This document shows positions 56,731-64,000 of a DNA stretch of 64,000 nt, in pieces. The position numbers and the translations under genes are program-made. Location: positions 1,659 through 65,658 of the forward strand of contig JAZRXZ010000182.1 in assembly GCA_045600445.1 (NCBI GenBank), read 5' to 3'. The notes beneath the pieces are model-generated. The model did no database searches. It was not told the DNA's origin and worked only from the letters and a program-made list of their open reading frames with translations. The DNA comes from Bacteroidales bacterium. Its GTDB lineage: Bacteria; Bacteroidota; Bacteroidia; Bacteroidales; UBA3663. How positions within the stretch are numbered: the stretch's first letter is position 1; each line of letters opens with the position of its first letter.

Positions 56731-57678
56731 TCAGAGAGTCTCCAGATAAGCTGCTACGTTCTTCTCGATACGAGCTGAAATGTCATTGTTATCAGCAGCT
56801 GGCACGAACTTCTCGCCTACGATGTGCTCGTAAAGCTCGATGTAACGGTCACTTACGCTCTGAGCATAAGCATCAGAGATCTCTGGCATTACGTCGCCCG
56901 GACGGTTCATGAAGTTGTTTTCGATCAACCACTGACGAACGAATTCCTTCGAGAGCTGCTTCTGTGGCTCACCTGCCTCGAACTTCTCCTGATAACCCTC
57001 GGCATAGAAGTAACGTGAAGAGTCAGGAGTGTGGATCTCGTCGATCAGGATCACCTTGCCATCGCGCTTACCGAACTCATACTTGGTATCAACGAGGATA
57101 AGACCCTTGCTAGCAGCGATCTCAGAACCGCGCTGGAAGAGTGCACGGGTGTACTTCACCATGGTCTCCCAGTCCTCCTTGCTTACGAGGCCCTGTGCAA
57201 TGATCTCCTCAGCAGAGATATTCTCATCGTGACCCTCATCAGCCTTAGTAGTTGGAGTGATGATTGGCTCTGGGAACTTCTCATTCTCGCGCATACCCTC
57301 TGGCAACTTCACGCCACAGAGCTCACGGCAACCATTCTTATACTCACGCCAAGCCGAACCGGTGAGATAGCCACGGATGATCATCTCTACGCGGAAACCC
57401 TCAGCCTTCAAGCCAACGGTAACCATTGGATCAGGAGTAGCGAGCTTCCAGTTAGGAACGATGTCGCTGGTAGCGTCGAGGAAGCTGGCAGCAATCTGAT
57501 TCAGACACTGACCCTTGAAAGGAATACCCTTTGGCAGGATAACGTCGAATGCCGAGATACGATCAGTAGCTACCATGACCATAAGGTCATCATTGATGTT
57601 ATAAACGTCACGAACCTTGCCGTGATAAACAGACTTCTGACCCTTGAAGTTGAAGTCGGTGCGAGTAAGTGCAGACAT
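56731..57678 (-). CDS. purC: Phosphoribosylaminoimidazole-succinocarboxamide synthase
   Basis: [39 protein letters not shown] and SKEFVRQW. The start is 57678 (MSALT). Confidence 0.96.
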   Translation of the reverse strand: MSALTRTDFNFKGQKSVYHGKVRDVYNINDDLMVMVATDRISAFDVILPKGIPFKGQCLNQIAASFLDATSDIVPNWKLATPDPMVTVGLKAEGFRVEMIIRGYLTGSAWREYKNGCRELCGVKLPEGMRENEKFPEPIITPTTKADEGHDENISAEEIIAQGLVSKEDWETMVKYTRALFQRGSEIAASKGLILVDTKYEFGKRDGKVILIDEIHTPDSSRYFYAEGYQEKFEAGEPQKQLSKEFVRQWLIENNFMNRPGDVMPEISDAYAQSVSDRYIELYEHIVGEKFVPAADNNDISARIEKNVAAYLETL

Positions 57679-57964
57679 AATGATATTTATTATTTGATAT
57701 TTGTTACCAATTATTTGATATTTATTATAATATCCGCGCCAAAGATACATAAAAAAACAATAGGAAGGATTTTTCTTCTCAAATATCCAGCCTATTGTCA
57801 TTATCTTTATTCAAAACTTCGGTGTTTTGACATGTGTAAATATTCTTTTAAATATCAGAATTGCGATAATATGCGGAGAAATATCTATAATACCAATCAT
57901 GGCAGATTTTGAAAAATTGCAATACTCAAAAAGCATTTCATCGCATTTTATACAAAGTTTTAAA

Positions 57965-58023
57965 CAAATTATCCGATTTGGATAATCCAATTCGGATAAT
58001 TTGAAAAACATTGCGTACTTTTG
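57965..58023 (+). promoter_or_regulatory. 39-bp palindrome (candidate operator) upstream of the ATPase -7 element
   Basis: caaattatccgatttggat-a-atccaattcggataatttg (19-bp arms, one mismatch); TActTTTG at 58016-58023. Confidence 0.55.
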
Positions 58024-58039
58024 CAAAAAAATAATACGC

Positions 58040-59152
58040 ATGAACCCATTCCTTACCTTTGGTTATCACTCTGCAGAATACTTCTGCGACAGAGTTTCTG
58101 AGACGGCTGAACTCACAAGCCTGCTCACTAATGGCAATAATGTGACGCTGATTTCTCCGCGTCGCATGGGAAAGACTGGCCTGTTGTATCATTGCTTCGC
58201 CCAATCAGAGATCAAGGAGAAATACCATACATTTATTATCGACATCTATGCCACCAAGTCGCTTCAGGACATGGTTTATACCATGGGCAAATCCATCGTC
58301 AGCGCCCTGAAACCTCGTGGCCGTCATGCCTTTGACAAGTTTCTCGATGTTGTGACCTCACTGCGTCCAGGCATTTCGTTCGACGAAGCCGGTAATCCTT
58401 CCTGGAATGTAGAATTAGGCGACGTGAAGACCCCTGCCATCACGCTCGATGAGATCTTCAGTTATCTCGAACATGCTGACAAACCTTGCTTGGTAGCCAT
58501 CGACGAGTTCCAATCCATCACCGAATACCCAGAAAAGAATATTGAGGAATTACTGCGCACCTACGTGCAACGTTGCCACCAGACCTGGTTCGTCTTCTGT
58601 GGCTCACAGCGCAGCATGATGGGCGAAATGTTCCAGTCGCCAGCACGTCCATTCTACCAGAGCACCACCAACCTCCCTCTTTATGCCATACCTGCCGATA
58701 AATACATCCCATTTGTCGAGCATCATTTCAAGCAATCAGACAAATACATAGCCAAAGAAGCCATAGAGGAAGTCTATAACCGCTTCGATGGCACAACCTG
58801 GTATCTACAGAAAGTGATGAATGAGCTCTGGCGCACCACCCAAGAAGGCCAGCCTTGTCTCCTGTCCGACGTCGCTCCTGCCATCAAACACATTATCGAT
58901 TCAAATACAGAGACCTATCAGGACATCCTCTATCAACTCTCTACCCGCCAAAAAGAGCTTCTCCTCGCCATCAGCCGCGAAGGTAAAGCCACGCAGATCA
59001 CCGGCTCAGCTTTCATCAAGAAGTATCGTCTCTCATCTGCCAGCAGCGTGCAGAAAGCCTCCGAGATGCTCATCCGTCAGCATATTATTACCAATGACAA
59101 AGGCACCTACGAAGTATATGACAAATTCTTCGCGCAGTGGTTGGCGGAGTAA
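58040..59152 (+). CDS. AAA-family ATP-binding protein with probable C-terminal winged helix
   Basis: NPF..G, FCDR..E, Walker A SPRRMGKT, Walker B IDEFQ, CGS and a C-terminal YEVYDKFFAQWL. ATG at 58040. Confidence 0.85.
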   Translation: MNPFLTFGYHSAEYFCDRVSETAELTSLLTNGNNVTLISPRRMGKTGLLYHCFAQSEIKEKYHTFIIDIYATKSLQDMVYTMGKSIVSALKPRGRHAFDKFLDVVTSLRPGISFDEAGNPSWNVELGDVKTPAITLDEIFSYLEHADKPCLVAIDEFQSITEYPEKNIEELLRTYVQRCHQTWFVFCGSQRSMMGEMFQSPARPFYQSTTNLPLYAIPADKYIPFVEHHFKQSDKYIAKEAIEEVYNRFDGTTWYLQKVMNELWRTTQEGQPCLLSDVAPAIKHIIDSNTETYQDILYQLSTRQKELLLAISREGKATQITGSAFIKKYRLSSASSVQKASEMLIRQHIITNDKGTYEVYDKFFAQWLAE

Positions 59153-59282
59153 TACATGGCTTTCTTCAATACGAAGATATGATCTGCTGAGAAATACAGA
59201 CCTATGCCGTTTTTATTGGGACCTCCTTTCAAAATAACAATATATCCCTATCTAAAATACTGAAAGAAGTAGAGTTAAGCAA

Positions 59283-59319
59283 AGATTCAGTTATTAAGAA
59301 TTATTTAATAACTGAATCT
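59283..59319. terminator. Inverted repeat between the convergent ATPase and the Dnd-like operon
   Basis: Perfect 15-bp arms agattcagttattaa / ttaataactgaatct. Confidence 0.6.
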
Positions 59320-59356
59320 GATGATAAATAATAAATGAGGTAGAATACTCTATATA

Positions 59357-60937
59357 TTATATAAGGTGTGTCACCTTGATCTTCTTCCACTTCTTACCCA
59401 ATCCCAGTTCGATGGCATCAGGATTCTTGATCAGGAGCTCTCCCTTTTGCAGATTGCCAAGGTCAGAACGCAGTTCCTGCAGTTCCTTGCCACTCACTCC
59501 GAAGAGGTCTTTTAGTACCTGGTCATTGATACTCTGTTGCTTCATCAGCAACGGATACTGAGCGTTAGCATAGAAATCAAAATAAGGAGATTTAAAGCTA
59601 TCCATATTCTGTGTAGCCAGAATGACACTCATACCCTTATTTCGTCCTACAGCAATCAGATCTCGCAGAGGCTTGTTATCAAACGAGAGCATATAGTGAG
59701 CCTCGTCAATGATCGTGAAATGACGCACCTCGACACATTCCTCGCTGACGGCTTGTTTCTGTAGTTTCTCGTAGATGTTATTCAACTTCGATACCACAAA
59801 ATATACGATTGCCTTAGCGATAGGTCCGTCTTTCTGGAAGCGTCCCAAGTCGATGATATAGCAGTTCTTCAGCAAGTCAATACTGTCTGCCTCTGCAAAC
59901 AGACGGCTTCTGATCAGCTGCTTCAATACCGACGTCACGCTGTCATCCTTATCCTGCTGACGCTCTGGCAGCAGTGCCAGATACTTCTTCAGAATCAGCT
60001 CAAACGTAATAGGAGCACCACCCGTCTGCTTATAAGCCTCAATGATGGCCTCACTCAGATGATTGCTCATGTTGGCACTGATACGCGCCTGATCAATGGC
60101 ACAAAGAGCCGTAGCCATGCCCGTAGAATACAGGTTGATCTCATTCTGCACAGGAGCGGCTGAGAAGTCCTTGAACGGCGTAAAAGGTAAAGGCTCCTCC
60201 ATAGGACGGAGGATAGCATGAATGTCCGTGTCAAACTCAGCCAGCCATCCCGCATTCTGCGGATCAGAGAACTCTCCCTTATAGTCAAAGAACAGGAAGT
60301 TGACCGGATAGCTCGAATCTGTTGACAGATGGCGCAGCTGCTGTATCAGCACAGCCAGCAGATTAGACTTTCCGCTACCCGTGGTTCCTGCCACCAGGAT
60401 CTGGCTATTTGAGATATGACGACTGTTCACGCTCAGCATAGCCTCCATCTCATCCTCATAATGACCGATAATCAGATCCAGCATCGGAATCTCTCCATTT
60501 GCTCCACGCTGCTGCACACCCTGACTCATCAGCCATTCGTCCAGCGCTCCTTCCATCAGGAGTTGTCCACCTTTCAGTATCTCTGCATTGACAATTCGGC
60601 TCAACAATGCAGGTGACTCAGAGTCCACTCCCTCATAGCGCATTTTTATCAATGCCGAGAAGAGCGGTTTCATATTATCCTTGGTAAAAAAACTCGGTGT
60701 AAAACGCAAGTAACGCTTAAAAGCAAACGTCGGCAACGCCTCAATATCCCTAGCCTCAGCCTGTGACAATCCTGCCAGCAGACATAGTCGCATCATCTTG
60801 TTCCAGGTCAGCGACAGCGGACGTGTACCACGAGGATAGTTCTTCAGATTAAGCCTATCCTCCAGCAAGTTCTTCAGTGCGTTCAGATCCTCCTGCAGCG
60901 TATCTGCCTGTATACATTTTTCAAGTTCAAGTAACAT
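59357..60937 (-). CDS. DndE-like N-terminal domain fused to a HerA/FtsK-type (DUF87) ATPase
   Basis: N-terminal WNKMMRLCLLAGLS..LFSALIKMRY..IVNAEILKGGQLL resembles DndE helices. The C-terminal part has Walker A GTTGSGKS, FDYKGE, Walker B IIDEAH, GRNKG and LATQ. Confidence 0.7.
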   Translation of the reverse strand: MLLELEKCIQADTLQEDLNALKNLLEDRLNLKNYPRGTRPLSLTWNKMMRLCLLAGLSQAEARDIEALPTFAFKRYLRFTPSFFTKDNMKPLFSALIKMRYEGVDSESPALLSRIVNAEILKGGQLLMEGALDEWLMSQGVQQRGANGEIPMLDLIIGHYEDEMEAMLSVNSRHISNSQILVAGTTGSGKSNLLAVLIQQLRHLSTDSSYPVNFLFFDYKGEFSDPQNAGWLAEFDTDIHAILRPMEEPLPFTPFKDFSAAPVQNEINLYSTGMATALCAIDQARISANMSNHLSEAIIEAYKQTGGAPITFELILKKYLALLPERQQDKDDSVTSVLKQLIRSRLFAEADSIDLLKNCYIIDLGRFQKDGPIAKAIVYFVVSKLNNIYEKLQKQAVSEECVEVRHFTIIDEAHYMLSFDNKPLRDLIAVGRNKGMSVILATQNMDSFKSPYFDFYANAQYPLLMKQQSINDQVLKDLFGVSGKELQELRSDLGNLQKGELLIKNPDAIELGLGKKWKKIKVTHLI

Positions 60938-60950
60938 AAGCCGTAGGTTT

Positions 60951-62954
60951 TTATGGGTTCAACATGATTCCGAAGTAACCTTGTTCTATCGTCGTACACT
61001 GTTCCTCTCTGTTTCTATCCAATGTATAGGTCTTGGCAATGAAAGGCTCCAGGCGCTCATAGTCCTCACTGGTCCTGATCTCTGTATCCGTAGAGAGCAG
61101 GATGGTCTGCTCTGCCAGTGATGGGAAGTAATTCTCCATAATCGTCGTACGGCTATCCTTATCCAATACACCCATCACCGTATCAATCATTACTGGTGGA
61201 TCATAATCACCCAGTTCATGTAGCACCTTGAGCAATACCTGTATGACCACCTGCTTAGCACCCGCATTCAGCGTAGAGAGCGCAATCTCATTACCTGCCT
61301 TGTGATAGATCTTGAAGGTCAGATCCTGCAACTGCTCCGACAGCTCCACTCGTCCTATCACGCCACGATACGCTGCCAGATTCTGGTTCAGATACTCTCG
61401 CATCTTAGCCTCAATCTGCGTCTTCTTCAGTCGCAGCAAAGTGTTGGCTACATCATCAAAGAAAGGTTTCATCTCCACTAGCGTATCATACTTCGGATCA
61501 GGCTCCTGCTGTATCTGTATGTCATACTGGCTAATCTTATGCTGCTGTTTCTTGATCTGATCTTCCTGCGCCTTGATGGCCTCATTCAGTCGTGCTATCT
61601 CCACCTCATTATCTTCGTATGCTTTCAGCAACGCGTAGTCATTACCACTGATCTGCTGCTGCATCAGCTCAATGTCGGTTTTCAACGTCGGCAGATTATC
61701 GATCTCCAGATTGATCTGCGCATGATTGATTGCCAGCTGAGGCAAACTATTGAAGGTCTTACGGCTTACCAAAGCGCGCAGCGCCTCTACCTCCTCATTA
61801 TCCAGATATGCATAGTTATCAGCGGTTGCCGCTGGCTGTGTCTGCTTCTGCATCACCTGACTCACAATCTTTCCCTCATCCACACCCATCAGGAACGGAC
61901 AGTCCTCCTGCAGCAAGCTTACAATCTGGTGTGTCAGTTCCTTGACCACAGGTTCATCCACCTGCTGCTTCTGGCTATTGGCCAGTTCTGTCTTATTCTT
62001 CAGCACCAGACTCATCTCTGCTTGGCGCAGCTTCAGCAGGTGTGGCAGGAATACGTTGATCTCCAAAGATTCTACGATGGCCTCCAGGTCCTTCAGGTAC
62101 TGGCGGCTGCGGTCTTCCACCTCTGTGATCTTCTGCTGTGTCACTCTGATCTTGTTTCGCAGCGTCTCTTCCTCCTGCTTGCCATTCTTCAACATGTTAT
62201 ACATCTGGCTGTTGTTGGCCGAGTAGAGCAGACACTTGTCCAGATCATTCTTCAGCTGTTCCAGTTCACGCTTCTTGAGGTCGGTGTCATCCACCAGAGC
62301 ACGATACTCCTTCTGCTCATTCTCCTGTTTCAACTTCTTCTCTGCATATTCCTGTTGCAGATGTTCGCACACACGGCTCAGCTGTATATACTTATTGAAG
62401 CCCATCACATTCTCAATATTCTCCTTGATCACATGGTTCAACTGATCCTCCTTCAGCAGATTACCTGCCTCCATAGCATCGAAGAGGAAGTAGCGGCTCA
62501 GCTCCTGTGGCAGATTGGCCTTGATGATTTTCTGCACCACCTGCTGCATCTTGGCACGTTCTGTAGGAGGCGTAGCAGGTCCATAGGCAAAGACATTGCC
62601 ATTCATATTCAGACGCACATTCTCACCCACTTTACCATTTGGCATCAGTCGGTAAGTACGGCTCAGGATATATTGCTGTTCACGTCCTAACACACGTCCT
62701 GAGAAGGTCAGTTGCAGCACGATCTCCGAGTCAGCGCTCTGCTTTGTACCCATGTTGAGCAACAGATGGAAACGCTTGGCATCCATCTTCTCCAAGCCAT
62801 ACAGCGCACCATAGATGGCTTCAAACAGCGTGGTCTTACCACCACCATTCTTACCACCTATCAGGATGATCGGACGCTCTGGCTCTACGTTCAGATCCAG
62901 ATCAAGAGACTGATAGGTCTTATAGTTCGAGACTTTGATATTCTTAATGAGCAT
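60951..62954 (-). CDS. dndD: DndD-like SMC/Rad50-type ABC ATPase
   Basis: Walker A GGKNGGGKTT, YFLFD, long coiled coil, signature LNAGAKQ, P.MIDT.MG.LD, NYFP and Q.ILLSTDTEI, typical of DndD C-termini. Confidence 0.8.
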   Translation of the reverse strand: MLIKNIKVSNYKTYQSLDLDLNVEPERPIILIGGKNGGGKTTLFEAIYGALYGLEKMDAKRFHLLLNMGTKQSADSEIVLQLTFSGRVLGREQQYILSRTYRLMPNGKVGENVRLNMNGNVFAYGPATPPTERAKMQQVVQKIIKANLPQELSRYFLFDAMEAGNLLKEDQLNHVIKENIENVMGFNKYIQLSRVCEHLQQEYAEKKLKQENEQKEYRALVDDTDLKKRELEQLKNDLDKCLLYSANNSQMYNMLKNGKQEEETLRNKIRVTQQKITEVEDRSRQYLKDLEAIVESLEINVFLPHLLKLRQAEMSLVLKNKTELANSQKQQVDEPVVKELTHQIVSLLQEDCPFLMGVDEGKIVSQVMQKQTQPAATADNYAYLDNEEVEALRALVSRKTFNSLPQLAINHAQINLEIDNLPTLKTDIELMQQQISGNDYALLKAYEDNEVEIARLNEAIKAQEDQIKKQQHKISQYDIQIQQEPDPKYDTLVEMKPFFDDVANTLLRLKKTQIEAKMREYLNQNLAAYRGVIGRVELSEQLQDLTFKIYHKAGNEIALSTLNAGAKQVVIQVLLKVLHELGDYDPPVMIDTVMGVLDKDSRTTIMENYFPSLAEQTILLSTDTEIRTSEDYERLEPFIAKTYTLDRNREEQCTTIEQGYFGIMLNP

Positions 62955-62956
62955 AA

Positions 62957-63169
62957 CTAAATCTTTTTAAGTGCTTTCTCAATGATCTTCTCTACCGTAG
63001 CATCCTCTACGTCCAAGTCATTGGTCTTGGCTGCATGATACTGTTTTAGCACCTCTTCCTCTATCCACTCTGGCATCAGCTTATGCTTCTCTGCCAACGT
63101 AGCTATTACCTCCATGTCCTCCTTACGTATTCCGTAGTTCAGGAAGTTGCCATCTAATCCTTTTGCCAT
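62957..63169 (-). CDS. 70-aa small helical protein coupled to dndD (DNA-modification-system-associated small protein-like)
   Basis: Co-oriented, 2-bp gap to the dndD ATG; NFLNYGIRKED..W..E.LK.YH..IEKAL pattern. Confidence 0.7.
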   Translation of the reverse strand: MAKGLDGNFLNYGIRKEDMEVIATLAEKHKLMPEWIEEEVLKQYHAAKTNDLDVEDATVEKIIEKALKKI

Positions 63170-63208
63170 ATAGAAAATTGTAAATGGTAAATATAAAAAT
63201 GGTAAATG

Positions 63209-64000
63209 TCACAGCATCAGCGTTGTCCATCCCGTGATGTCATCCGTGTCTGTGATGTCCAGCTCCGGATACTTCCACGTTAGGCCGTCCTGTATCAACA
63301 CACCGCCCTTCAGTTTCGTGCCGTTCTTGTTCTGCTCCTCCATGAAGCGACGCAGAGCATTGTGCTTCGATGGTGCTTCCGGGTCACTGCCACGGGTTTT
63401 CGTGTCAAGCAGATAGATGCTGCCATCCTTCATATAGATAATGAAATCCACATAGAAAAGGCTGTCTCTGCCACCCGTGTCTTTATAAGCTACAGCAAAG
63501 TGATCAGCTCCATTATCACCATTCTTATACCACCACGCTACATTCTCTTTCTTATCAATCCATTCTGCGAAGTTCTTCTCTGGGTTCGATGCTTCTATCT
63601 GTTCATAGAACGGACGCAGAGCATGCTTATGAATGGTCTTGTCTTTGTTCTGGTAGAAATCAGGATTATAGCTACGTGAGTCTGGCAATGACCAGAAATT
63701 ATGTGTGATGGTAGCTCCCTCCGTCGGCTTTCCTTGTCTGGCTTGCAGCTTCAGTTCATAGCCTGCCAGTGTCTTCTTGATCAGATCCTCCCACTTTGAC
63801 ACATTCACTTTGGCCAGATACATACGCATGGCTTCCGCTTCCGTCATTCCCAAGTATTCATCAGCAAAGGCAATCAATGCACCACGCAATACAGGCGTTG
63901 AGTCGAACTTAGAGAACTTACCTACATGCGCCCTGCAGAACAGCGTAAAGAGTCGGCTGGTTTCCGAGGCGTTACGTGTCAATCTGGCTTTCTCCACCAC
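63209..64000 (-). CDS. C-terminal part of a type III restriction (Res)-like subunit with a PD-(D/E)xK nuclease; start lies beyond the window
   Basis: S.PEK.F..W.D....V.WWYKNGD..F.V.Y..FYVDFII..LLDTK nuclease signature. The frame is open to the window edge, so the track's start is an edge artefact. Confidence 0.78.
   Translation of the reverse strand: MVEKARLTRNASETSRLFTLFCRAHVGKFSKFDSTPVLRGALIAFADEYLGMTEAEAMRMYLAKVNVSKWEDLIKKTLAGYELKLQARQGKPTEGATITHNFWSLPDSRSYNPDFYQNKDKTIHKHALRPFYEQIEASNPEKNFAEWIDKKENVAWWYKNGDNGADHFAVAYKDTGGRDSLFYVDFIIYMKDGSIYLLDTKTRGSDPEAPSKHNALRRFMEEQNKNGTKLKGGVLIQDGLTWKYPELDITDTDDITGWTTLML

Noticed and set aside
57679-57801. N-terminal extension of PurC in the ORF track (repeated NKYQII)
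   Set aside because: It is a translation of the upstream heptamer repeats and promoter; the conserved protein begins at 57678.
57790-57960. AT-rich segment between purC and the ATPase as a pseudogene or small ORF
   Set aside because: No frame I read gave a recognisable protein motif, so it cannot be supported.
59357-60937. ATPase as a conjugative VirB4/VirD4 protein
   Set aside because: It has no TM segments, no tra or relaxase genes are nearby, and its context is dndD with a DndE-like N-terminus.

Overview
Bacteroidales (Prevotella-like) chromosomal window, judged by TAnnTTTG promoters, SusC/SusD genes and the Bacteroidales-type EF-Ts. Bases 1-38.4 kb are a large xylan/arabinoxylan utilisation locus, mostly on the minus strand: tandem susC-susD-susC-susD, a surface lipoprotein, a GH10 split by four inserted modules, GH10-CE1, GH3, two GH43, two GH31, two GH97 and several esterase fusions. 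A GH5 and an M15 peptidase sit on the opposite strand, and no regulator gene is in the window. Bases 38.6-58 kb are mostly housekeeping: a TonB receptor, a CBM20-only protein, tRNA-Pro(CGG), tsf-rpsB-rpsI-rplM, EamA and MATE transporters, an SDR, GH2, a PatB-like lyase, ilvA and purC. Bases 58-64 kb are an accessory or defence region: an AAA ATPase, then an operon truncated by the window edge. That operon reads type III Res-like nuclease, 70-aa small protein, DndD-like SMC ATPase, DndE-like/HerA-ATPase fusion. The strongest candidates for undescribed biology are this Res/Dnd-hybrid operon, a six-unit palindrome array with an exact 42-bp period beside tRNA-Pro, a dispersed family of intergenic heptamer-array elements, and two orphan sRNA candidates. 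All family assignments come from motif recognition by eye; no database search was run.
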